Assembly: GCF_036365525.1 (NCBI RefSeq)
Contig: NC_090402.1
Location: 15,296,428 to 15,360,427 of the forward strand
Length of the DNA stretch: 64,000 bases
Direction of reading: 5' to 3'
Source: Heterodontus francisci
Lineage: Eukaryota
This document shows positions 39,926 to 51,900 of the stretch, piece after piece. Position 1 is the stretch's first letter, and every line of letters starts with the position of its first letter. Position numbers and translations under genes: made by a program. The notes beneath the pieces were generated by a model. It made no database searches. It was not told the origin of the DNA and worked only from the letters and a program-made list of their open reading frames with translations.

Positions 39926-41017
39926 ATAAGATAATAGTGTCAAATGTTGCAGTGAGGCTTTTTCATCCATCTGCACATCAGTCAAAGGAGCTTTGAAACA
40001 GCATCAGTACTGCAGATACAAGGGTGAAATTTAACAATTTGTTAAATTCACCAAGTTTGCTGACATTTATCTTTAATTCAGCTTACTTCATACCAGGGAG
40101 GTAAGCATGGTGCAGTCTGAAGCTCAGCTGCTTATGGATATCCTGCTCAGGTCACATTTCTCCCTCCCCAACAAACAGAAATAATGAGATTTTCAAATGT
40201 TTTTGGTGTTCTCCCTGCGTGGTGCTTTGAAGGGAATCTTATAGTAGTGGAATAGACAGAACCCATTTTGTACAACTTAGCCTTTAGAAAAACTCCCAAG
40301 AAGTAGAACCTTGATAATATACACATATTCTCATTATTAAGTGACCTCAATACTCATCTAGCAATCAGTAACAGAATATTTTTTCAACACTCCATTATTT
40401 CAATGATAAACAAGTAGATAAAACATCAAATACAGCTTGGAAATGCCATCAGATTACAATACGTGATATGAAGGGAACCACTAGCCAATTCATTTCCAGT
40501 TTAAAAAGTAACGAATTAAATGCAGAATCTACTTAAAACAGTTGGTTGTTTGAAACAGAATCACTAACATTATTATACTACCAATCCCACCATTTTGCTG
40601 AAATAAAAAAACAACCACTTGCGAGGTAGTTGGGCTGAGCAGACTCCAGCTGTTTGCTCCACACTCCAGCTGTTTGTTCCATGTACAACCTGTCAGATGC
40701 CGTTAACTGGGCAACACATATTTCATTGACAAAGAGTGTAGACTGTCTCTGGTATCTGTCACTCGAGCAATCGCAATTTATAACTTTTGCCATCATCAAA
40801 GCGAATGCAGGAATTGACTGTGCACAGTGTTTTGTGTTCTCTGTCAGAACATAGGAACAAAAGTAGGCCATTCACTCCCTTGAGCCTGTTCTGCCAATCA
40901 ATTAGATCATGGTGGTGAATATATCCTCTCAGAGGTGCCAGGAACTGAATGAGGTGTTCCAGATGGTTTCTAATCAGAGCTATGTCTCAGTGTATATGTC
41001 ACTCAGTATATATCAGA

Positions 41018-41528
41018 GCTATTATAGGAAGGATGTGATTGCACTGGATAGGATGCAGAGGAGATTCACCAGGATGTTGCCTGGGCTGGAGCATTTCTGC
41101 TATGAGGAAAGACTGGATAGGCTGGGGTTGTTTTCCTTGGAGCAGGGAAGGCTGAGGAGGTACCTGATTGAGGTGTACAAAATTTTGAGGAGCATTGATA
41201 GGATAGATAGGAAGAAACTTTTGCCCTTAGCGGATGGGTCAATAACCAGGGGGCATAGATTTAAGGTGAGCAGGAGGTTTAGAGGGTAGTTGAGGAAAAA
41301 CATTTTCACAGAGGGTGATTGGAATCTGGAACACACTGCCTGAAGAGGTGGTAGAGGCAGGAACGCTCACAACATTTAAGAAGTATTTAGATGAGCACTT
41401 GAAATGCCATAGCATACAAGGCTACGGGCCAACTACGGGAAAATGGGATTTGATTGGATGGGTGCTTGATGGTCGGTGCAGACGCGTTGGGCCGAAGGGC
41501 CCGTTTCTGTGCTGTAAAGATCTATGAC
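41018..41528 (+). mobile_element. CR1 3' fragment
   Basis: Highly similar to 6660-7157. Confidence 0.88.
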
Positions 41529-43359
41529 ACTACGCACAGCTGCAACACAACTTCTATCCCTTCATATTCCAGCCCTCTTGGGATAAAGGCCAACATTCCA
41601 TTAGCCTTTTTAACCAGCTTAAATATTTGGTGCTGTATGTTTCTCTTCATTGGTCGAAAATTGCCAAATAAAATTAGAATTGTTCAGGCTTCTTGTCCTT
41701 TGTGATTTTTTTTCCATTCCTGAAGATATTTCTTTCAGGTCTAAGTTTTATTAAAGTGCTACTTCTGTCCATAACCCTTCTACCATCATCTATAGAAACC
41801 TGTAACATATGATTTATGTTTTGTTTTATAATCATTGCTGCTAAGGTATGTGTTGTAATTTTTAGCTTAAAGTATATATTTTAAATAGCCAAATCAAGTG
41901 AATGAACAGAACATTCACTTGGCAACAGGGAAGCAGTGAGTGTTTTCTTAGAAAGACATTGTGACAGATTGCAGACCCATTGAAATGTGATTAACTTTTT
42001 ATTCCCCCATATGTACAAAAAAAGCAAGCTTTTTCACAAAATACAGTTCCTCGTACTGGAAATGAGTGAGATCGACCGAGACTACTGCTTAGTTCTTAAG
42101 ATTAGGGTCCTGTTCTGAATGAAGCTTATAATTAAGGTTCATTAAAGTAAGTTTTTATTTTCAAATTGAGTGTGCAGGTTTTCAGGGAGTTTTTTTTAAA
42201 GGAAAAAAAAGAGAAACTCGGTGGGGAAACATTGGACTCCAAAACACCCAGAAAATTTAGAGAAAATCAGAGAATAGCATTTTTATTTTGAACATCACTC
42301 AAACTCGAGAAAACAAGGGCCTTAAAAGTTTTCTCAAGCCAAATAAAAAATCACAATTATTTACAGTTCACAGCCAATAACTTTATAGAACTCATCATCG
42401 AACTATTAATTGAAAAAGAACTTGCACTTACACAGTGCCTTTCACAACCTCAGGTGTCTCAAAGCACTTTACAACCAATTAAATAATTTTGAAGTGTAGT
42501 CACTGTTGTAATGTAGGGAAACTCAGCCGCCAATTAGCACACAGCAAGATCCCGCAAACGTCAATGAGATGATGAATAGATAATCTGTTTTAGTGTAATT
42601 AAGGGATAAATATTGATCAGGACACCAAGGGAACTTCCCTGCTCATATTCAAATAGTGCCGTGGGATCTTTTACATCCATCTAAGAGATCAGATGGGGTC
42701 TCGATTTACGTCTCTTCTGAAACATGGCACTTTCAACAGTGTAGCTCTCCCTTAGGACTGCACTGGTCAGCTCAAATCTCTGCAGCCAACAATCTACTGA
42801 CTCAGAGGTGAGAGTTCTACCACTGAGCGAAGGCTGAATTAAATTCTAAAAAATTAAGTGAAATTGAAGAACTGATGTTGATTGCTATGTCTTCAGCCAC
42901 TTATCTGCTGCTATGCTAGTGTATGTAAATGATTTTAACCTGTCTTTGATTGAAAACCAAAGTCTTCAGGGGAATATTAATGTGGTAACTGTCAGTGCTG
43001 CCCTTGCTCCATATGCAATGAGGAATGAATGATTGACAATTGCTACAGTTTATTGGTTCGGGGGATGTGGGTGTCACTGGCTAGGCCAACACTTATTGCC
43101 AATCTCTAATTGCCCTTGAGAAGATGGTGGTGAGCTGCCTTCTTGAACTGCTGCAGTCCTTGGGGTGTAGGTACACCAACAGTGCTGTTAGGAAGGAAGT
43201 TCCAGGATCTTGACCCAGCGTATTAAGAATATATTCCTAAAAAAGATACAGGTTCCTTCATGAAAATACAAACTGCACAGCATTTGTGTTTTCCTTCCAA
43301 ACATTAGGTCCAAAATTGTGCATGCAACACATCTGTGAAGTCAGCAGGGCATGCACAAC

Positions 43360-44625
43360 ATAGCAATAACCTGCTCAGTGACACTCAGTTTGGGTTCTGC
43401 CAGGGCCACTCAGCTCCTGACCTCATTAGAGCCTTGTTTCAAACATGGACGAAAGAGCTGAACTCAAGAGGTGAGGTGAGAATGATTGCCCTTGACATCA
43501 AGGCAGCATTTGACTGAGTATGGCATCAAGGAGCCCGAGGAAAACTGAAGTCAATGTGAATCAGGGGGAAAACTCTCTGCCGGTTGAAGTCATACTAGCG
43601 CAAAGGAAGATGGTTGTGGTTGTTGCAGGTCAATTATCTCAGCTCCAGGACATCACTGCAGGAGTTCCTCAGGGTAGTGTTCTAGGCCCAATCATCTTCA
43701 GCTGCTTCATCAATGACCTTCTTTCAATCATAAGGTCAGAAGTGGGGATGTTCGCTGATGATTGCACAATGTTCAGCACCATTCGTGACTGCTCAGATAC
43801 TGAAGCAGCCTGTGCAGAAATGCAGCAAGACCTGGACAATATCCAGGCTTGGACTGATATGTGGCAAGTAACATTCATACCACACAAGTGCCAGGCAATG
43901 ACCATCTCCAACAAGACAGAATCTAACCATCTCCCTTTGACATTCAATGGCATTACGATCGCTGAATCCCCCACTATTAACATCCTAGGGGCTACCATTG
44001 ACCAGAAACTGAACTGGAGTAGCCATATATGTGGCTACAAGAGCAGGGCAGAGGCTAGGAATCCTGCGGCGAGTAACTCACCTCCTGACTCCCCAAAGCC
44101 TGTCCACCGTCTACAAGGCACAAGTCAGGAGTGTGATGGAATACTCTCCACTTGCCTGGATGGGTGCAGCTCCAACAACACTCAAGAAGCTCAACACCAT
44201 CCAGGACCAAGCAGCCCATTTGATTGGCACCCCTCCACAACAGATGCACAGTGGCAGCAGTGCGTACTATCTACAAGATGCACTGCAGCAACGCACCAAG
44301 GCTCCTTAGACAGCACCTTCCAAACCCGTGACCTCTACCAACTAGAAGGACAAGGGCAGCAAATGCAAGGGAACACCACCACCTGACAGTTCCCCTCCAA
44401 GTCACACACCATCCTGATTTGGAACTATATTGCAGTTCCTTCACTGTCGCTGGGTCAAAATCCTGGAACTCCCTTCCCAACAGCACTGTGGGTGTACCTA
44501 CCTTATATGGACTGCAGCGGTTGAAGAAGGCAGCTCACCACCAGCATCTCAAGGGCAATTAGGGATAGGCAATAAATGCTGGCCTAGCCAGTGAAGCCCA
44601 CATCCCATGAATGAATTAAAAAAAA
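43360..44625 (+). mobile_element. CR1/L2-group LINE RT and 3' end
   Basis: ALDIKAAFD, GVPQGSVLGP, MFADD; same tail as 1336-2193. Confidence 0.9.
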
Positions 44626-45109
44626 GTGTATTCTGACCTCACTGTTGTTGTGGTACATGTGCATCTCCTGACCTGATTTTTGGTAAGAAAACGATGAGGA
44701 ATTTCATATTTATTTCCTCAAATTTGGGAGGACACTTTTTTCAACGGATTCATTGACCAACAATTTGATAGAAATCTAAAAACTGATTTTAATAATCCCT
44801 ACTTATCAAAAAGAATGCAACTGATTACATGCCAATTCAAAGAGTCAACCTGTGTTTACTTTTAAGAGGCACATCAAATCAGTTGACGTTTAAAATCCAA
44901 ATGAGGGAATTTCATTCCAGATGACTGAGACTCGTGAGGTTTGCTACTGTATTGACTTAGAAATACGTGACAATAACCACCGGGCACATATACACTGCAG
45001 GGATCAGGAAACGTATTGCATATGCCCAACACAAAATTTCCAAACAGGCAAAATAAAAAGTAAATTTAATATCAAAAATAGAGTACCCAAAGTTTAATTG
45101 ATATAATAT

Positions 45110-45325
45110 AAACACAAGAAATGCTGGAACCACTCAGCAGGTCTGGCAGCATCTGTGGAAAGAGAAGAAGGGTTAACGTTTCGGGTCTTCCGAAGAAGGG
45201 TCACTAACCCGAAACGTTAACCCTGCTTCTCTTTCCACAGATGCTGCCAGACCTGCTGAGTGGTTCCAGCATTTCTTGTTTTTATTTCAGATTTCCAGCA
45301 TCCGCAGTATTTTGCTTTTATTTTA
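45110..45325. mobile_element. Penelope-like inverted terminal (hairpin) insertion
   Basis: ~75-bp inverted arms around gggtcttccgaagaagggtcactaaccc; same family as 49734-49970. Confidence 0.8.
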
Positions 45326-45779
45326 CATGATATAATAGTTGTTTCAGCCAAAAATAGCAAATCATTTGTAGGAAAATGTAAAGTGTGTTCACAGTAAACC
45401 CTGCCTTATAACAAGGGTTTGATCACACAATGTTAAACCAGTTCCAGCTCGACTATAGTTCACAACCTAATCCTCCCTTCACAATTCAAAAAGAGGGAGG
45501 AGTGGGTGTGCCTAAGCGAAAAAAACCTGCCAGGTCAGCGGCCAATTTTAGCAGCAGCAAGTGGCAGGAAAAAAAGTCTTTCAGTCTGTGGCCTTGATGA
45601 GGAATAGCAAGGGAATACTGATTACCAAAACTGCAGTGGAATAAAAACATTCCATTGTTTGCAAAGGAAATGAAAATGATGATAAAGAGAAACATTTCCA
45701 CTTTAATATCCGACCAGCAAAACACAACCGTAAACAAACATACATAATAAAAATATACCTCACCCCACATACACCTATC

Positions 45780-45933
45780 ACCTTCCAACGGGCAGCCATA
45801 GTGAAAGGATAATCACGTGATACGGGTCGCTCGCAGTGAAGTATTTTGAAGTCATGTACCGAGGGGGGAACGCTGCGGTGTAAGTCACGTGTATAGGGGA
45901 GGTATTGTGTAGGTCACGTGAGGCAGGTTGGCA
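45780..45933. promoter_or_regulatory. CpG-rich promoter of NUP188, probably bidirectional with DOLK, with three TCACGTG E-boxes
   Basis: Local CpG enrichment; CACGTG at 45814, 45886 and 45915. Confidence 0.75.
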
Positions 45934-45965
45934 ATGGCGGCGGCAGCAGCGGGGCCGTATGTGAG
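45934..45965 (+). CDS. NUP188: NUP188 exon 1
   Basis: ATG in a CpG island, MAAAAAGPYV, gtaaaa donor. Confidence 0.92.
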
Positions 45966-48900
45966 GTAAAAAAAAGAAACTTTTTTTAAATTCGAAAACT
46001 GAAATAAAATGCTCCATTTGAGTCAAAGCTAAGGGACGTTGCGGAATAAATGCGCTTCATCCGAGATAATGAGCGAGCCGGAGGCCGGTGTGAGGAGTAG
46101 TTGGGGTTTACAGTTGGTAAATGGATGAGAGCGCGCTGGACACGAGTTTACATTCAAACTCTCCATCAGGCTGACAGCGAATTGCGCGAAAATGTGGTTT
46201 TGGTCCATTTTGGAGAATGTTAGTTTTTTTTCCTTGTTCAGTTTGCAAATATATTTCCAAATTTTAAGGTAGTTTTTCCGTAAAGGGACATAATTTTACA
46301 GGAAACTGTTCTTTCTGTTTCCCCCCCTCCAGCCTCCTTCCTGTCACTCAGTGAAGTGAAAGGAACACCGAGGACCCAGAATCTCCCAATAACACTTGAT
46401 GCCCTCAGATCTGTACCAAAGAAAGTCTTAGACCCGACGCTCATACAGTCCCAGTAATGCGAATGACATATGACCTACCTAGCAGTCAGATATGTTAAAT
46501 GTGAGTTTTAGTCAGCCTTCTTTACATCTTTTGGGCCATATGTTATGAAATAAAGGATGCTCAATGTCTCTGTGAAGTGCAGTTTTTATTGCAGAACCAT
46601 CAGTGAGACTGACTTACTGCTATACTCAGTCTTTAATATAGGAAACATTACACTTTAGTGGGAGGCATTGTTTTATTTTTATTTGCTGTGTTCGTCAGGT
46701 AATATATTTTTAATCACTGCCCCCACCTTTCACCCAGTAAGGAAAATATCACAAGCTAGCACTGTTAATACAGAACAATTATGATGTAGCAACTTGGTGA
46801 ATTCTACAGTTAGCAGTCCAAGTGATTATAACAATTTGTGGTCAGTGAAGTGTGGAGTAAACTTGTTATTTGTTGTATATGGAATCCAGAATTTCTTTCC
46901 CTTACTTGATGATTGCACTTTGTTTATTCATCAAAATGCACAACCAGAATCTGAAAAGAAAAGACAATATTTTTAGTGAAAACTTAGCTCTGAATCGGTC
47001 GAGCACTTTTTCTGAAAATATTAACCTGTCATTTTGTTCTTCAGATGCTGAGAATTCTATGTCATTATTTTCTATTAACTCATTTATTTAGGGGATAATT
47101 TTGACTTGCAAAATTAAATAGCTTATTTTATGGTGCTTTAGAGATACAGCACTGAAACAGGCCCTTCGGCCCACCGAGTCTGTGCCGACCATCAACCACC
47201 CATTTATACTAATCCTACATTAATCCCATATTCCTGCTGGTGGGCAGCCATAAAGGCGGGGCTAAAGTGTGGCGAGTCGAAGAGACTTAGCAGTTGGCAG
47301 GAAAAAAGACAGAAGTGCAAGGGGAGAGCCAACTGTGTAACAGCCCCGACAAACAAATTTTTCTGCAGCACCTGTGGAAGAGCCTGTCACTCTAGAATTG
47401 GCCTTTATAGCCACTCCAGGCGCTGCTCCACACACCACTGACCACCTCCATTGTCTCTCAAGATAAGGAGGCCAAAGAAGAAGACATTAATCCCATATTC
47501 CTACCACATCCCCAACTTCCCTCAATTCCCCTACCACCTACCTATATAACGGCCAATTTATCTATCAACCTGAAAGTCTTTGGCTGTGGGAGCACCCGGT
47601 GAAAACTCACGCGGTCACAGGGAGAACTTGCAAACTCCGCACAGGCAGTACCCAGGATTGAACCCGGGTCGCTGGAGCTGTGAGGCTGCGGTGCTAACTA
47701 CTGCGCCACTGTGCCGCCCCAGTTTCACCTCTCTCTCCCTAAAATTTATCTCTTTGAAGCTTTTAATTACGTGTCCTAATATCTCCTCCTTTGGTCATTT
47801 GATAAGGTGCCACACAAAAGGTTAATCAGTAAGATAAGGGCTCATGGAGTTGGGGGTGTTATATTGGCATGGATAGATGATTGGTTAATGGACAGGAAGC
47901 AACAAGTGGGCATAAATGGGGCATTTTCAAGTTGGTAGGCAGTAAATAGTGGAGTGCCTCAAGGATCAGTGCTGGGGCTTCAGCTATTTACAATTTATAT
48001 TAATGACTTAGTTGAAGAGAGAGTAATGCATCTGTTTGCAGATACAAAGATAGGTGGAAAGGTAAGCTGTGGGGAGGACACAAACTGCAAAGAGGTATAG
48101 ACATGTTAAGTGAGTGGGCAACAAGATAGCAGGTGGTGTATAATGTAGGGAAGTGTGAAGTTATTCACTTTGGTCGTAAGAATAGAAAATCAGGATATAT
48201 TTTAAAAGGTGTGAAACTTGTAAGTGTCGATGTTTAAAGAGACTTGGGTGCGCTTATACAAGGAATGCAGAAAGTTAACATGCAGGGATAGCAAGTGATT
48301 CGGAAGGCAGATGGCAAGTTGGCCTTTATTGCAAAGGGATTGGAGTACAGGAATAAGGAAGTATTGCTACAATTGTACAGGGTATTGGTGAGACCACATC
48401 TGGAATATCATATGCAGTTTTGATCTCCACATTTAAGAAAGGATATACTTGCATTGGCGACGGTACAGCAAATGTTCACTAGATTGGTCTCTGGGATGAG
48501 GGGGTTGTCCGATGACAGGCTAAGTAAATTGGTCCTATATTCTCTGGAGTTTAGAAGAATGAGAGGTGATCTCATTGAAGCATATAAGATTCTAAAGGGG
48601 TTGGATAGGATAGACATTGAGAGATTATTTCCATTGGTTGGGGAATCTAAAATACTGGGTACAGTCTCAGGATAAGGGGCTGATCATTTAGGATTGAGAT
48701 GAGAAATTACTTCACTCAAAGGGGTTGTGAATCTTTGGAATTCTTTACCTCAGAGGGTTGTGGATGCTCCGTCGGTGAATACATTTAAGGTTGGGATCGA
48801 CAGATTTTTGGTGTCTTGGGGAATCAAGGGATATGATGAGCACGCAGGAAAGTGGAGTTGAATCCTAAGATCAGCCATGATAGTTTTGAATGGCGGAGAA

Positions 48901-51900
48901 GGCTCGATGGGCCATATGGTCTACTCCTCCCATTTCTTGTGTTCTTATGTCTCTTGTTCTCAGTGTCAATTTTTGTACTATTACTCTCCTGTGAAGCACC
49001 TTGGGATGTTTTCTCATGTTAAAGGTATCATAAATGCAAGTTATTGTTGATGGGCAGCATTGTGTGGTGCGCAGTTTGTGCCATCTGCTTGTTATGTAGT
49101 ACATTTGGCGATACCAACGTCTTGCCACGCTTCTTCAAGTATGCTGTCTTTTCTAGCATCTGTTCCCAGGCCCATCAGATACTGGGCATGGTGTTGAGCC
49201 TTGCTATCACTTCCTGCCAGGCATGTTGGACTGCTGCACCAACTGGTGGAGCAGGTGCCGTGTAGTGTTAACTAAATGGCCAAATCCTCTTCACACCAAC
49301 TGCAGCAGTTAATTCACTTTGCTAGCCATAAAACAAAGGATTAGGGGCTATGTTATTCTGCCACTTGCCCACAGAATCCCTTTTTGTTGAAATCTACTTT
49401 TTGCTGCTACTTTTTTCCATTCACCCACCTCCCAGTACAATGTTTGGAAAGGTTGACAAATATTTAAAAACTATTTTCGGCCTTCCAGCTACTTTCTAGT
49501 GGCTGAAAGAATTTTAGTTTCTCCTCCAGGACCGCTTACTATTAAGTGGCTACATGCTGTTGAATTTTCCCAGTAGCTTTTAATTGCTGCTAGGTGATGC
49601 ATAATATCATGCTTCCTCCTTCAACACACTCTGTATCTGGGTCGGTGTGTAGAGTAAGCTCTTAAGTTCCAAATCTGAGTCATGAAGTCAGATGGATTTT
49701 TGTCTCTGCTGGAAAAGATCTATTAGAATTAGGAATAAAAACAAGAAATGTTGGAACCACTCAGCAGGTCTGGCAGCATCTGTGAAAAGAGAAGCAGAGT
49801 TAACGTTTCGGGTCAGTGACCCTTCTTCGGAACGGTTCCGAAGAAGGGTCACTGACCCGAAACGTTAACTCTGCTTCTCTTTTCACAGATGCTGCCAGAC
49901 CTGCTGAGTGGTTCCAGCATTTCTTGTTTTTATTTCAGATTTCCAGCATCCGCAGTATTTTGCTTTTATATTAAAATTAGGAGTTAGATAGCAGAATTAA
50001 ATGAGTAATGACAAATATGACTTCCTTAGTGGTTAAACTTGGGTTTAATAAAAACAAAACATTTTCTCATGCTTTCTATCAAGTCATGTAGGTAAAACTC
50101 AGCTTTAATTGAGTGAGTTAATGAATGTTCTGACATTCTGTGGTTTTACCTGAGACGGAACTGTTTGAGCAGGATAAATGAGGTTGCAGTGTATAATGTA
50201 AGTGAGAAATTTTTAATATAATGGGATTTTCTCCTGTTGGCTTATTAGGAAAAAATACCCATGTGCAGCAAGTAGCATAACTGACTTTCACAACATATAG
50301 TTATCAAAAATAATTAATTATAGACGTAAAATTGCAGAGATGGTAGTGATTTTGATGGTATTACTTCTCCGGAGGAAGTAACAAATATTTGCATTGGACT
50401 GACATGTAAAATGTAAATGGAATCAGTGTGGCAACAAGGGTAAAATTATTGAAATTAATTGATGCTAAAGAGTGAATTGGAAATGTTGTGTGTATTAGGA
50501 TGGGTATAGAGGTGAGGTTAAGGTTTATTCTTTGGGAGAATATTCAGATCTTATTTCACGTTTAACCTGGACAACACTTGAGTGCTTGACAGTAGGGGTG
50601 GGGGAGGGAGAAGAATGTGATTTCCATGGGCCAGTATCCTTCACCTTGATGAGTGCAAAGTTCATTTGAGAAAGAGGAATGATCTGATCTACTTTGGGAT
50701 GTTGATTTGATGAGCAATGTTGACCAAGTCACTGTTGAACTCCATTCCCTTTTATTTATTCCAATAGTGATGTAGGATTTTTTGGCAGCTGGGGCCTTGG
50801 TTTAATGTCTCATTGAAAAGACAGCACTTCTGACAATGCAGCTCTCACTCATTACAGCACTGAAATATTAGCTGAGATTATGTGCTTGAGACTACAATAA
50901 ATCTTCTGACTCAGACTGAGCCAAGCTGATACTGGCACGGTTTCTGTTGGTATTTCACTCAATAGGTTGAAGTTTCCCATTAATTCATAGTGCTATTATA
51001 AGCAATAATGAAAAGTCTTCCAAGCCTGTATTGGGATTCCAAATTGGAGAAACTTCTGAAGAAACTTATTTAAAATGGCTGTAAAAAGATACATGCTGTC
51101 AAAGCCTTTCATCTTGCACTCATCAGGACGGATGCAAGAATGCCAAATTTCAGAGAGCAACAATTTATACTGCATGAGAAAAGGGTGCTGCTTGGTTGGC
51201 AAGTCAACTCTTGATTGGCCAAGGTGTTGCTATGGAGAATGTACCAGGGAATTATTGTCCTTCACGCTTTGTTTAATTCAAAAAAGGTGCAATGCCTGGA
51301 CATGTTCCTTTTTCCTGCAGAGGAGAGGTCCCTGGGTATGAATATATGTATCTTTTGTCCAATCGCAGAATCACATCTAACATTAGACATTGTGTTCTGA
51401 GTTTTGCATGTATGGGCTGGTTGAGTACAGTCAGTATTCTGCCTGTTGTGAACAGAGCTGAAGGAAAGCACTTACTGAACAATCCTGAATGTGCTGAGAA
51501 TTGCATGAACAACCAATTTAAGATGATCAGTCAGGCTTGCAATATGGCTCTCACACACTTGCTAGAAGCCACATATATTCATACGCAGGGACCTGTCCTC
51601 TTCAGGCAAAAGGAACATGTCCAGGCATTGTGCCTTTTTTGATATAAACAAACCGTGGTGGACAATAGTTTCCTGGTGCATTGGTCGAGGAATTGCCATG
51701 GAGCATCAGCACCCTTTTCTCATGCAGTATAAATTGTTGCTCCCTTTGAAATTTGACATTCTTGCATCTATCCCGCTGAGTGCAAGATGGAAAGCTTTGA
51801 CAGCATGTCTTTTTTTCAGCAATATCCAAGTTCTGTACTACTAAGCGATTATTTATTTAAAGTTATTCTGAAATAAAAACTCTCAAAACACATGCACATT

